A stretch of DNA of 64,000 nucleotides. It comes from Thermodesulfobacteriota bacterium (lineage in GTDB: Bacteria > Desulfobacterota_D > UBA1144 > Nemesobacterales > JAJCZQ01). Position 1 is the first letter of the stretch. Every line of letters begins with the position of its first letter. The translations under genes and the position numbers were made by a program. The notes beneath the pieces are model-generated. The model was not told the origin of the DNA, did not search any database, and saw only the letters and a program-made list of their open reading frames with translations. Below are positions 38,823 through 48,995 of the stretch, piece after piece. The stretch is from positions 736,001 to 800,000 of the forward strand of contig OZ244044.1 of assembly GCA_965215275.1 (NCBI GenBank), given 5' to 3'.

Positions 38823-39668
38823 TCAAAACCAGAAATAAAACCCATCGGCAAAGATGAACAGTATGGCACCAAGTGATAAAAAAGGGCCATAAGGAAGTGC
38901 GAACTGAAAATCACCTCTTTTCATCAGTATCACTATGATCCCGACGACCGAACCGATAAGAGAGCTTACAAACAGTGTAAATAACACGCCTTTAACTCCA
39001 AGAAAGGCGCCAAGCATTGCAAGCAGTTTTACGTCACCCATCCCCATACCGTCGGCCTTTCTTATCAGCTTATAGACGATGGCAATAAAAAAGAGCGACC
39101 CTCCACCGATCATAATGCCTAAAAAGGAATTTACCGCCGGGACCTGAACCGCCGAGTAAACAGCCCATGACAGGTCCATATATTCGGTACCAGCGATAAG
39201 TAAGCTCCAGTCGGTTATAAACAGGTTATACAGAAACCCGATCACTATTCCAGGCAGCGTGATCACGTCCGGGATGATCATATACTTCAGGTCCACGAAC
39301 GTTACGGCGATCAGAGAAAAAGCCAGAAGTATATAGACGGCAGTTACCACCGCGACCCCGAACTTATGAAAAATAAGGACGGTAAGCAACGCGGTCAGAA
39401 GTTCCACAACGGGGTACAGAACCGATATACCCGAGCGGCAGTAAGCACACCTTCCCTTTAACAGTACATAGCTGATTACGGGAATATTATGATAGAACAT
39501 CAGATACGAATCACATATTGTGCAGCGCGACCCTGGATAGACGATCGATTCCCCTCTGGGAAATCTGTAAATAAATACGTTTATAAAGCTCCCGAACATC
39601 AGGCCTGTGATGAAAATAAACGTATAAAACACGTACGGGTAGGTCGTTAAAGTATTTATTATATCCAA
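38823..39668 (-). CDS. pilD: Prepilin peptidase
   Basis: GSFINV, two CxxC, GMGMGDVKL, PYGPFL. Confidence 0.93.
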   Translation of the reverse strand: MDIINTLTTYPYVFYTFIFITGLMFGSFINVFIYRFPRGESIVYPGSRCTICDSYLMFYHNIPVISYVLLKGRCAYCRSGISVLYPVVELLTALLTVLIFHKFGVAVVTAVYILLAFSLIAVTFVDLKYMIIPDVITLPGIVIGFLYNLFITDWSLLIAGTEYMDLSWAVYSAVQVPAVNSFLGIMIGGGSLFFIAIVYKLIRKADGMGMGDVKLLAMLGAFLGVKGVLFTLFVSSLIGSVVGIIVILMKRGDFQFALPYGPFLSLGAILFIFADGFYFWF

Positions 39669-39681
39669 AGTTTTTCCGGTC

Positions 39682-41799
39682 TCAGTTCTTAGCCCTTACG
39701 GTGCTCTTGAACTCTCTTATGGACTTGTTAAAGTGCTTATTTGCAATAGTTAAAACCCCTTTTCTGCCCGCCAGGTGATCTTTTATCGCCAGAATGGCAG
39801 AACGTTTACATATGAGTTCTATGTCCGCACCGCTTAGCCTTGAAAGTTTAGACGCTATTTTTTTCAGATCCACGTCTTTGTTCAGAGGCTTATCGCTCGT
39901 ATGTATCTTTAATATCTCGTAGATCTCGTCAGCACCTGGGTACGGCACCTCAAGGATCAGGTCGAACCTTCCGGCACGCAGTATTGCCGGGTCCACCATA
40001 TCTATCCTGTTGGTCGAGGCAAGAACGAAGACGTCAACTAATTCCTCAATACCATCGATCTCCGTCAGGAACTGACTTACCACCCTTTCTGATACCCTGT
40101 TGGAGTTTATACTTCTGTGCGGAGCTATCGCATCGATCTCATCAAAGAAGATTATGGAAGGCGATACCTGTCTGGCCTTTCTGAATACCTCTATCACGGC
40201 CTTTTCAGACTCCCCAACGTACTTGGAAAGTAGTTCGGCACCTTTTACCGAAATAAAGTTCACGTTGCTCTGGTTGGCAAGTGCCTTTGCAAGCAACGTC
40301 TTGCCGGTGCCCGGTGGACCTGAGAACAGGATCCCCTTTATAGGCTTGACCTTTGCGCTCTTGAACAGTTCCTTGTGCTTAAGAGGCAGGATCACGGACT
40401 CGGTGAGCTTCTCCTTTATCCCCTCCAGTCCTCCCACGTCGTCCCAGGTTATCTTCGGTATATCAATGAGTATCTCCCTGAGTGCGGAGGGACTTACTTT
40501 TTTCAAAGCCTCAAGAAAATCGTCCATTGTCACTGTGAAGGATTCAAGGTCCTTAAATTCGAACAGTTCATCGTAGAACTCCAGATCGGGCAGGACCCTT
40601 CTGATGGTTATCATAGCCGCTTCCTTACAGAGGCTTTCTATATCGGCTCCCACAAATCCCTGGGTCCTTTCTGATATCTCGTTGAAGTCAACATCAGAAC
40701 TGAGCGGTATCCCTCCTGAATGCACCTGCAGTATCTCGTACCTGGAGTTCCTGTCCGGAACGTCAAGATGTACCTCTCTGTCGAACCTGCCGGGTCTCCT
40801 TAATGCGGGGTCGACCGCGTCCGGAAGGTTGGTTGCACCGATCACCACCACGTTATCCCTTTCCTTCAGTCCGTCCATAAGGGTCAGGAGCTGCGAAACC
40901 ACTCTTTTTTCAACGTCTCCCGTCACCTTGTCCCTTCTGGGTGCGATCGCGTCAAGTTCATCAAGAAAGATTATGGAGGGCTGATGCCTTGAGGCATTAT
41001 CAAAAAGGTTCCTGATCTTTGCTTCACTTTCACCATAGTGCTTCTGCATGATCTCCGGACCGTTAACGACCTGAAAGTTCACGTTCGCCTCATTTGCCAC
41101 CGCTCTTGCCAGAACGGTCTTTCCACTGCCTGGCTGACCAGTTAAAAGCACTCCCCTTGGCGGGTCGATCCCCAGCCTGGAGAACAGCTTGGGGAACTTC
41201 AGCGGAAGTTCTATCATATCACGTATCTTTTTTATCTGATCCGACAGCCCTCCCAGGTCATCATAGCAGACGTTGCGGGTCTCCGATCTTCCCGTCGGTT
41301 TTTTGCGCACGTCGACCCTGGTGCGGCTGCTGACCACCACGCAGTGGGACGGCATGGTGTTTAAAACGTCAAAGTTCTCGTTCTTTGCTCCCGGGATCTT
41401 CACCGGGATAGTATCACCCGCCGACAGAGGCAGACCTTCAAGGCAGCTTGATATAAACCTTAACTTTTCAGGATTGAACAGAAGATCGTTGTTGTGTGGA
41501 CACAGGATGACCCTGCTCGCGCTTTTTGAATTGGCTTTCTTCACCATCACGAACTCGTCCACGTTCGCCCTGGCGTTCTCCCTGGTGTGCAGGTCTATCT
41601 CTATTACCGATTCCGTTTCGTATTTATCATAATCGCCCGGATCAAGGGGCATGACCCTGACGAAGGTCTTTCTTCTCCCGCCGACCTCTATCGTGTCCCA
41701 GGAGGTTATACCAAGGTCCATCATGCTGCGCTCGCTCATACGAGCGTAGCCTTTTCCTGAATCACTGGGGCTTATTTCTGAAATCCTTAATGATATCAT
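39682..41799 (-). CDS. CDC48/VCP family AAA+ ATPase
   Basis: N domain plus two AAA modules (GQPGSGKT, GPPGTGKT), RPGRFDRE. Confidence 0.93.
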   Translation of the reverse strand: MISLRISEISPSDSGKGYARMSERSMMDLGITSWDTIEVGGRRKTFVRVMPLDPGDYDKYETESVIEIDLHTRENARANVDEFVMVKKANSKSASRVILCPHNNDLLFNPEKLRFISSCLEGLPLSAGDTIPVKIPGAKNENFDVLNTMPSHCVVVSSRTRVDVRKKPTGRSETRNVCYDDLGGLSDQIKKIRDMIELPLKFPKLFSRLGIDPPRGVLLTGQPGSGKTVLARAVANEANVNFQVVNGPEIMQKHYGESEAKIRNLFDNASRHQPSIIFLDELDAIAPRRDKVTGDVEKRVVSQLLTLMDGLKERDNVVVIGATNLPDAVDPALRRPGRFDREVHLDVPDRNSRYEILQVHSGGIPLSSDVDFNEISERTQGFVGADIESLCKEAAMITIRRVLPDLEFYDELFEFKDLESFTVTMDDFLEALKKVSPSALREILIDIPKITWDDVGGLEGIKEKLTESVILPLKHKELFKSAKVKPIKGILFSGPPGTGKTLLAKALANQSNVNFISVKGAELLSKYVGESEKAVIEVFRKARQVSPSIIFFDEIDAIAPHRSINSNRVSERVVSQFLTEIDGIEELVDVFVLASTNRIDMVDPAILRAGRFDLILEVPYPGADEIYEILKIHTSDKPLNKDVDLKKIASKLSRLSGADIELICKRSAILAIKDHLAGRKGVLTIANKHFNKSIREFKSTVRAKN

Positions 41800-41913
41800 C
41801 GCTCTTTACTGAATTTTTACAGACAGTTATTTTCAGGTCAAGAAGTATATATTGAAGTCGAAAAACTTTTTCTCTATAATTGTTATAATTATCCCGGTTT
41901 TACACTGACCCGC

Positions 41914-43005
41914 GTGAGATTAACTTCTTTAAATCTGAGGAATTTCAGGACTTATGAAAAGCTCAATGTATCTTTTCATGACAAGTTCAACCTCATCTAC
42001 GGGGACAACGCCCAGGGAAAGACCAACCTTCTCGAAGCCATCTACCACATCTGTTCCGCCAGACCTTTCAAGGCGGTAAAGAACGAGGAACTGATAAAAT
42101 TCGGACAGGAAGACTCCAGTATAAAGGGAGAGATAATCTCTGACCGCGGACTTGATGAGATCAATATCTATATAAGTAAGGAGAAAAAGACCTTAAAACT
42201 GAACGGCAAGATAGTCCGCAGGCTCAGCAGCAATCTGGGAAAATTCAGCATCGTGCTTTTTTTACCAAAGGACCTGGAGATCATTAAAGGTTCACCAAGC
42301 GTAAGAAGACGTTACCTTGACGCCCTTATATGCAACCTGAACCCAGACTATCTGCGGGACTTCAAGGACTACCAGAAAAACATCAATCACAGGAACAAGA
42401 TCCTTTCCGGAGCAAACCGCTTCAGTAATGCAGTGCTTGAAGTATGGGACTCCAAAGTCGCGGAAATAGGTTCAAAACTTACCAAGAAAAGGGAAGAAAC
42501 AATAACGAAGATCGCAGATAAGGTCAGTGAGCTTTACAACTCCACCTCCGGCGTTAATGCAAAGATCGAGGTCACGTACAGAACGTCCTACCAAAAAGAC
42601 GCAGACATACATGGTTCGCTCCTGAGGGCGTTAAAGGGAAACCTGGACAGGGACAGAGAAAAGGGACACACCACGGTCGGACCTCACAGGGACTATATAA
42701 GTTTTATGATAAACGGTAAGGACACGACAAAGTACGCTTCTCAGGGAGAATCCAAGAACTTCGTGCTTGCACTGAAGGCCACTGAAATATACATGTATAA
42801 CTTAATAAAAGGACAAAATCCCATTTTACTGCTTGACGACATTACAAGCGAACTCGACAGGAACCGAAGAGGTTTCCTGTTCAAACTCCTGCAGGACTAC
42901 GACGGTCAGGTGTTCGTCACCTCCACGGGTATTGAGGAAATTCCCTACGCAGGTGATAAAAAAATACTTAACGTAGTAAAAGGCACGGCAAGAGCAATTA
43001 ACTGA
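41914..43005 (+). CDS. recF: DNA replication and repair protein RecF
   Basis: GDNAQGKTN, GPHRD, SQGE, LLDD. Confidence 0.95.
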   Translation: MRLTSLNLRNFRTYEKLNVSFHDKFNLIYGDNAQGKTNLLEAIYHICSARPFKAVKNEELIKFGQEDSSIKGEIISDRGLDEINIYISKEKKTLKLNGKIVRRLSSNLGKFSIVLFLPKDLEIIKGSPSVRRRYLDALICNLNPDYLRDFKDYQKNINHRNKILSGANRFSNAVLEVWDSKVAEIGSKLTKKREETITKIADKVSELYNSTSGVNAKIEVTYRTSYQKDADIHGSLLRALKGNLDRDREKGHTTVGPHRDYISFMINGKDTTKYASQGESKNFVLALKATEIYMYNLIKGQNPILLLDDITSELDRNRRGFLFKLLQDYDGQVFVTSTGIEEIPYAGDKKILNVVKGTARAIN

Positions 43006-43048
43006 TCTTCAGTTATAATAGCTGTAATATCAACATTCGGAGACCTAA

Positions 43049-43939
43049 ATGAACGTAAAGATCATAGACTTGAAATTCTTTGGAAGTGAGACCATAGGGT
43101 CCTATCTCGTGGAAACGAAAGATGGACCTTTTATCATAGAGACCGGACCTGATTCCACTTTTTCCAACCTTGAAAAAGGACTATCAGAAAGCGGTTACGC
43201 GGTGGGGGATATAAAGAACGTTTTTGTCACCCACATACACCTTGACCACTCCGGAGCCGCGTGGAGATTTGCAAAGGAAGGTGCAACGGTCTACGTGCAT
43301 CCAAGAGGTGCACCACACCTTGTCAACCCTGAAAGGCTTATGGCGTCCGCAGCGATGATATATGGAGATAAAATGCAGGAGCTCTGGGGTACTGTCGAAG
43401 GAATAGATGAAGATAAAGTGGTCGCTGCTGAGGACGGACAGGTAATAAACATCGGAGAGTTTGAAATACAGGTGCATGAAACTACAGGACACGCCAATCA
43501 TCATAACGCCTACCTTGTGGAAGACGGACTTTTTACCGGTGACGTGGCAGGATGCCGAATCAGCAACGGACCTCCGATACCACCAACTCCCCCACCGGAC
43601 ATACACGTTGAAAGATGGCACAGCTCCGTGGATAAGATACGCAAGCTCGATCCAAAGTCCCTGTATCTCACGCATTTTGGAAAATTCACGGACGTGCACG
43701 AGCATCTGGACGCCGTGATGAAGACACTTGACGAATGGTCAGAGTGGATAGGTGAAAGAGTAAAGGAAGGAAGATCGGACAAGGAGATCATACCCGATTT
43801 TCTGAAGTTCTACAGAACGTACTTTGATAAAGCCGGCACGGAGAATTCCGAGTTCGATAAATATGAATCTGCCGACCCTCACTGGATGAACGTCGGGGGA
43901 CTTGTACGGTACTGGAACAAGTATAAACTCGCTGAATAA
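43049..43939 (+). CDS. MBL-fold metallo-hydrolase
   Basis: THIHLDH, GHANHH, TGD, THFG. Confidence 0.9.
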   Translation: MNVKIIDLKFFGSETIGSYLVETKDGPFIIETGPDSTFSNLEKGLSESGYAVGDIKNVFVTHIHLDHSGAAWRFAKEGATVYVHPRGAPHLVNPERLMASAAMIYGDKMQELWGTVEGIDEDKVVAAEDGQVINIGEFEIQVHETTGHANHHNAYLVEDGLFTGDVAGCRISNGPPIPPTPPPDIHVERWHSSVDKIRKLDPKSLYLTHFGKFTDVHEHLDAVMKTLDEWSEWIGERVKEGRSDKEIIPDFLKFYRTYFDKAGTENSEFDKYESADPHWMNVGGLVRYWNKYKLAE

Positions 43940-44116
43940 TGTACCACGGCTTAATGGGTTGTTGTTTTAAAATCAGGGAACTATATACTTTATTCACCAG
44001 AAAACGAGTAAGGAGTTAGTACAATAATCAAATTAAATTCAGACATAGAATTAGAAAAAAATAAGGAAACAGACATAAATATTTCCTGTGGAGATACCAA
44101 TACTTTAATTAAGAAA

Positions 44117-44782
44117 GTGCAGGATAATTCCATTGATCTGATCGCTACCGACCCTCCATATCAGATTAATTTTGAAAATAATAACTGGGATAAGAAAGAC
44201 GGACTGAATTGGAACTTTTTAGCAAGTGAGTTCGCAAGGGTTTTAAAACCAAGCGGGAGTTTAATTATTTTTCAAGGATGGTCTCACGTTGCTGATACCA
44301 AGGTTATTCTGGATAAATACTTTACATTAAAAAACTGGATCATCTACGACAGAGTAAAAGGACGAGGTGCCAAGACCAACCTGGTCTCAACACGGGAAGA
44401 TATACTTTGGTATGTAGTGGATGAAGATAATTATACGTTTAACAAGGTCAGTTCCAGCATTAAAAAGAAGACAAAGGGGATGGGATTAAAGAACGGCAAT
44501 GAATTCAGGGCATTATCAAACGTCTGGTCCGACATTCCTCCACTTGTTCCCTGGAGCCAGGAAAGAGTGGATCATCCTACTCAAAAACCGCTGTATTTAA
44601 TGGATAGAATAATCAGAATATATTCAAATGAACATGATACGGTATTAGATCCTTTTTTAGGAAGCGGAACTACATCGGTTGCCTGTAAACTACTGAACAG
44701 AAACTGTATTGGTTTTGAATCAGAAAAAGAATACTTTCAGATAAACAAGGAAAGAATTAGCCATTATGGAAGACTTATTTAG
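44117..44782 (+). CDS. DNA amino-methyltransferase (beta class); true start probably upstream
   Basis: TDPPY, HPTQKP, LDPFLGSGTT. Confidence 0.92.
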   Translation: MQDNSIDLIATDPPYQINFENNNWDKKDGLNWNFLASEFARVLKPSGSLIIFQGWSHVADTKVILDKYFTLKNWIIYDRVKGRGAKTNLVSTREDILWYVVDEDNYTFNKVSSSIKKKTKGMGLKNGNEFRALSNVWSDIPPLVPWSQERVDHPTQKPLYLMDRIIRIYSNEHDTVLDPFLGSGTTSVACKLLNRNCIGFESEKEYFQINKERISHYGRLI

Positions 44783-45344
44783 AGATGGCATACTCAATTT
44801 AAATACTCGCCAGTTTGGAACTGCTGTAGAGCTTATTGTTGTACTGTTAAAACGTTATAGGAAAAGCAATCAGCTTGATTGTGATTTAATTGATCCAGAA
44901 ACCAATAAAAAAATAGAAGTAAAATCTTCAAGAGTTTATAAAAAGCAGTCTTTAAATTTTACTTTGGATAATCTATACGATTTAATTGTTAATAACACAA
45001 ACAGAAATCGTTTGTTAAGGCAGGATCAGGCAACACAAGAAAAGTTTGATTGCAATATACAACAGGTCAAAACAGATCTATTTGATACACTTTATTATTT
45101 ATTATTTTTCTATGATGTTATTGAAGTGTTTAAAATTGAAAATGAAGAAATACAAAAAGATGTGAATTTGAATTATAGTAATAGGCAACATAGAGGAAAC
45201 GAAGGAGAAGGTCAGTTTCACATAACACAAAAAAATTATAAATATCATAGAAATAAATACTTTATTCAGTCAATAACATATGAAGAGATTAAAAAACTAT
45301 TATTAAATAAGGAGTATTTTAATATAAAAAGAAGATCAAAATGA
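44766..45344 (+). CDS. Putative type II restriction endonuclease
   Basis: DLID...IEVKSS PD-(D/E)XK motif; overlaps the MTase stop. Confidence 0.75.
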   Translation: MEDLFRDGILNLNTRQFGTAVELIVVLLKRYRKSNQLDCDLIDPETNKKIEVKSSRVYKKQSLNFTLDNLYDLIVNNTNRNRLLRQDQATQEKFDCNIQQVKTDLFDTLYYLLFFYDVIEVFKIENEEIQKDVNLNYSNRQHRGNEGEGQFHITQKNYKYHRNKYFIQSITYEEIKKLLLNKEYFNIKRRSK

Positions 45345-45556
45345 CAGAAAAAGAGAACTTATACAAATATATTTAATCCTCATATAACAGCAATGATGGA
45401 AGAGGTAGCTAAAGCTATATTCAGACCTAATGCTGAATTTAAAGAGAAATCTTTAAGAATGAAAACAAAAAACTAATAAAACTAAATAATAACTTTGGCG
45501 AACAAAGTATTTAGTTCCCAAAAATTATTGTTATTATATTTTCCTTTTTTTCTGAA

Positions 45557-45633
45557 CGGGGCGTGGCGCAGTTGGCTAGCGCGCAGCATTTGGGATGCTG
45601 AGGTCGGAGGTTCAAGTCCTCTCGCCCCGACCA
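45557..45633 (+). tRNA. tRNA-Pro(TGG)
   Basis: Cloverleaf with TGG anticodon and CCA. Confidence 0.95.
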
Positions 45634-45938
45634 ACACAAAACTGAACGAACCAGCGTTTGATTGAATCCTAGGGGTATTACTTAGAACTTCTCCCATATA
45701 TTCAGCTGTGATACCTTGTAGAGAGACAATTTTTTCTTAAAAAGCAAACAAGCGAATTAACCCCCTAAACAATAATAAAAACCATTAGAAACAAAAAGAG
45801 AGTATGGCAACTAAAGACAAGTAACTAAAACTAAGGGACTAAAATTGTCTTGAAATAATTTGTGATTATTTACTGTTAAAAACTCTATAGGGGCTCTGGA
45901 ACATTGCTTTTCCAGTTCATCTCTACCACATTTAGCTA

Positions 45939-46544
45939 TCAGTTATTATTTCTCTTCATTGGTCTGCTTAAATCATATACAGAATATTTTCTATCACGAA
46001 AAGTAACATCAATAAGATATTCTAAAAAATCAATGCATTCTATATTATCCCACTTTGTTACAGAAATTTTTCCGTATGGTTCAGGTAAATTATCAATAAT
46101 TCTAGCTGGCAAATAGGGATTCTCTTTTTCATACTCTTCTCTTGTGCCTGTTATCCAATTAGGAATCTCTGGATAATACTTTTTTTCATATTCTCTGTGA
46201 GCTGCATGAATGCTACCCTCCTTTACCTCTGGAAGGGTTATTACTAAAATACCAGATTTCTTATTCACTTTTCCATCATACATACTTGAATAAAGTTCCC
46301 AATCTATATGTTTTCGGGATTTAGTCTCTTCTCCTACAAGTAAAATTGTTACTGTAGAATCTTTTAAGTAATCATCTCTTATTTTTTCACGTATTTGCTG
46401 ATCGGTTAAATCTTCTTTTATATCCCCAGTATCAACAGAAGCATCTATAAAAATGTCATATTTTTCATTCATTTTAAGTAGTTCTTCCTTATAATATTGG
46501 TCATTTTCATGATGGTAACTAATAAAAACTTTATGCTTTCTCAT
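45939..46544 (-). CDS. ThsB-like TIR-domain protein (MTH538/DUF1863 type)
   Basis: HKVFISYHH, STVTILLVG, HIDWELYSS with catalytic Glu. Confidence 0.88.
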   Translation of the reverse strand: MRKHKVFISYHHENDQYYKEELLKMNEKYDIFIDASVDTGDIKEDLTDQQIREKIRDDYLKDSTVTILLVGEETKSRKHIDWELYSSMYDGKVNKKSGILVITLPEVKEGSIHAAHREYEKKYYPEIPNWITGTREEYEKENPYLPARIIDNLPEPYGKISVTKWDNIECIDFLEYLIDVTFRDRKYSVYDLSRPMKRNNN

Positions 46545-47031
46545 TATACTCTCCTTTGTAATCTTCTATTTCTGTTAAATCCTCTACGCCTGCCATATCA
46601 GCAAGTAGCTTTGTATATTTACTAAGGTCCTTTTGAAGTTGAGAAAGTTCTTTTCTAAACTCATTACATTTATTTGGACAACTAAAAGCACCTGCCATAG
46701 ACTCTCTATGCCACTTTGCAGTAAAAGGCCTAATAATTTGGTTAAGAACGACAATTGCTATTTTGGTAAATGAAATGCATTTCTTCCCATGCTTTTTTAT
46801 GATTTTTCTTGTTAGAGGAAATATAGTATAAATGCTTTCAAGTGCTGTTTTTTCATCTCCATGTTCGTTTTGCAAAGCTTGCGTTGTCGTTCTAGTTAAA
46901 AGTTCAATATAAAGAGACCAAGCAGCATCTTTGTCTACATCATTTAAATCAAATTCTGCCTCAAGAACCGATATCTTTATTTTTAACTTAGACAATCCAA
47001 ATTTTTGAAGTTGTTCTCTAAAGTTCATCAC
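46531..47031 (-). CDS. Hypothetical helical protein coupled to the TIR gene
   Basis: 166-aa ORF overlapping the TIR gene start; AAWSLYIELLTR, IRPFTAKWH. Confidence 0.7.
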   Translation of the reverse strand: MMNFREQLQKFGLSKLKIKISVLEAEFDLNDVDKDAAWSLYIELLTRTTTQALQNEHGDEKTALESIYTIFPLTRKIIKKHGKKCISFTKIAIVVLNQIIRPFTAKWHRESMAGAFSCPNKCNEFRKELSQLQKDLSKYTKLLADMAGVEDLTEIEDYKGEYNEKA

Positions 47032-47057
47032 AGTTATATACCATACACCTCCTTGAT

Positions 47058-48518
47058 TTAAGAACTAATTCGTGAAAAATCTTTTAAAATTCTATTAAAT
47101 TCTTTTCTATTATGTCTTCTAGAAATTTCTTCCAAAAAACTTTGATCATAAAATTCTATTTTCTTAAATTTTTTGTACTTTTCATTTATTGACTTGACCC
47201 AATCCTTATTTCTAAAAGAAACAATAAAGTAAATTTTTATCTCCTTTGAATCTCTTTTAGAGTTGCTCCAACGACCAAAAAAATAATATTTTTCTTCGAT
47301 CCACTTTTTTATCTCTCCATCTTTATTTCTAATGTTTGACCATGCCTTAGTTTCAATAATATAGCGATAGTTTTCATCTTCAAAATAGACATCTATTTCT
47401 CTTTTTACAGATTCTAATTTAACAATCTTTTCCATTCTAACCCCCGTATAATCCAGATCAAATAAAACTTTAGCCATCAAGTTAAAGAGATGCCCTCTAA
47501 TGTTATTGTCAATGCCTAGTTTTAAATCTATAAGTTTTTTAAAAGTCTCTTCTGCTTTTCCTATATTGATATTGTTTTTTATGTCGTTGTACAAACTCCT
47601 TAATTCTTCTAAAGCTATAAGGAGTTCATCACCCCCAAAGGTTTTTGCAGAAATAGTCATAAAGCCTTTAGAACGTAACTCATATAAAAGAGGCTCTGCC
47701 ATGCTTTGAAAGAATATAGCAGGAATAAATCTTGTACTTCTTTTCTGGAACTTAGTTAATTCAAACTTTTTTAAAACCGGTTTGATGTTGTGTTCGTTTA
47801 TTCTACTTCCTAAAAGAATATCGCAACAAATAAATCCATTCAATTTACCCCTCTTTACTCCATCAAGATAAGTAGGTCCAACCAAACTCCAATGACAGCT
47901 TCCATACTTAGGAATTTCATTATCTGTTCTAACTTTAATTGCACCTTTCGAGGAAAAATTTAGATTAACAAATAAGATCTTTAGTTGTTCTAAAATTCTA
48001 TCTTCTATAGCAAGATAAAATTTTGATTCTGAATAAGATGACAAAGTTTTATCATACAAGTAGTAAAATGTTTTTTCTGACTCGTCATCTTTATCTTTCT
48101 TTATCATTTCAACTTTCTCTAACGACTCCACCGCATCCTGAAAAAGTTTTCGATTCTGTGCATTGTTAGTTGGAAGTCCTGAGGCTATAGGCAGATACTT
48201 TGCTAAACATATTCCCCCTCTACTTTCTAAAGCGTTTAAAATGAGAACTTCTGCCATACTGTACTTATCACAATATTGGTGAAACTTCTGTTTATTTTGA
48301 CAATCTAATTCATACAAATAAAAAAACTTTTGATTATGTTTAAAGTTAAAACCTTCTATTTTTTTTACAGGAACAGATATTCTGTCAAGGGCTTTTGGGG
48401 CAGAGGTAGATGTCATATTGTATCTAGTTTTAAGTTCTTCTATAATTTCACCAGATAGTAATGGACCATTTGCCAAAATGTTTGCTATTTTTTCGTTATT
48501 AGTATTTGTCATAACCAA
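47058..48518 (-). CDS. Hypothetical protein with C-terminal PD-(D/E)XK-like motif
   Basis: EIDVYFE...IIETKAW; AT-rich. Confidence 0.65.
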   Translation of the reverse strand: MVMTNTNNEKIANILANGPLLSGEIIEELKTRYNMTSTSAPKALDRISVPVKKIEGFNFKHNQKFFYLYELDCQNKQKFHQYCDKYSMAEVLILNALESRGGICLAKYLPIASGLPTNNAQNRKLFQDAVESLEKVEMIKKDKDDESEKTFYYLYDKTLSSYSESKFYLAIEDRILEQLKILFVNLNFSSKGAIKVRTDNEIPKYGSCHWSLVGPTYLDGVKRGKLNGFICCDILLGSRINEHNIKPVLKKFELTKFQKRSTRFIPAIFFQSMAEPLLYELRSKGFMTISAKTFGGDELLIALEELRSLYNDIKNNINIGKAEETFKKLIDLKLGIDNNIRGHLFNLMAKVLFDLDYTGVRMEKIVKLESVKREIDVYFEDENYRYIIETKAWSNIRNKDGEIKKWIEEKYYFFGRWSNSKRDSKEIKIYFIVSFRNKDWVKSINEKYKKFKKIEFYDQSFLEEISRRHNRKEFNRILKDFSRISS

Positions 48519-48995
48519 AAATGTCCTTCTCCTATGTTTGTATTTGGATTAATAATAAGTGTCAAGAAAATAAAAATTTAACTAATAAAATCAACAAGTT
48601 ATATCTTTATTTGATTCATGTTGTTGTCCATCTGATTTTTGAAGCGATTATCAGCATCACTGGTCATCACATGATACTCCTTCTCTGATGGGTAGAGGTG
48701 GATTACAGTTTTTTGGTTTTCCTACACCATAAAAGCTTCAGAGAATTGGCGTTTTTGCTTTTAGATCCTGCTACTGAATCAAGTAAAAATACAAAAATCA
48801 ACAAGATAGAAATTTTCGTGCGTATCTTTGTTTTCTTGACCATTTCAAAATTTTTTCTGAAAGGAACCTGTACATCCTGCCAGAAAATATCAAGGCCATT
48901 AAATTAAAAAAAGCCCTTCACGTATATCTTTGTAGCCTTGCTAAATTCCTCAAACCGGTAAAAACCATACCAAGTTAAGGTATTATTATAGGAAT

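Larger units (their letters stand above)
43976..45519. mobile_element. TIR-bounded cassette carrying a type II RM system
   Basis: gggaactatatactttattcac and gcgaacaaagtatttagttccc: 19/22 inverted match; flanks taaaatca / aaaaatta. Confidence 0.8.

Noticed and set aside
41840..41856. Extra end-motif copy (aagaagtatatattgaa)
   Set aside because: Lacks the terminal GGG and lies in the divergent promoter between two backbone genes; probably chance.
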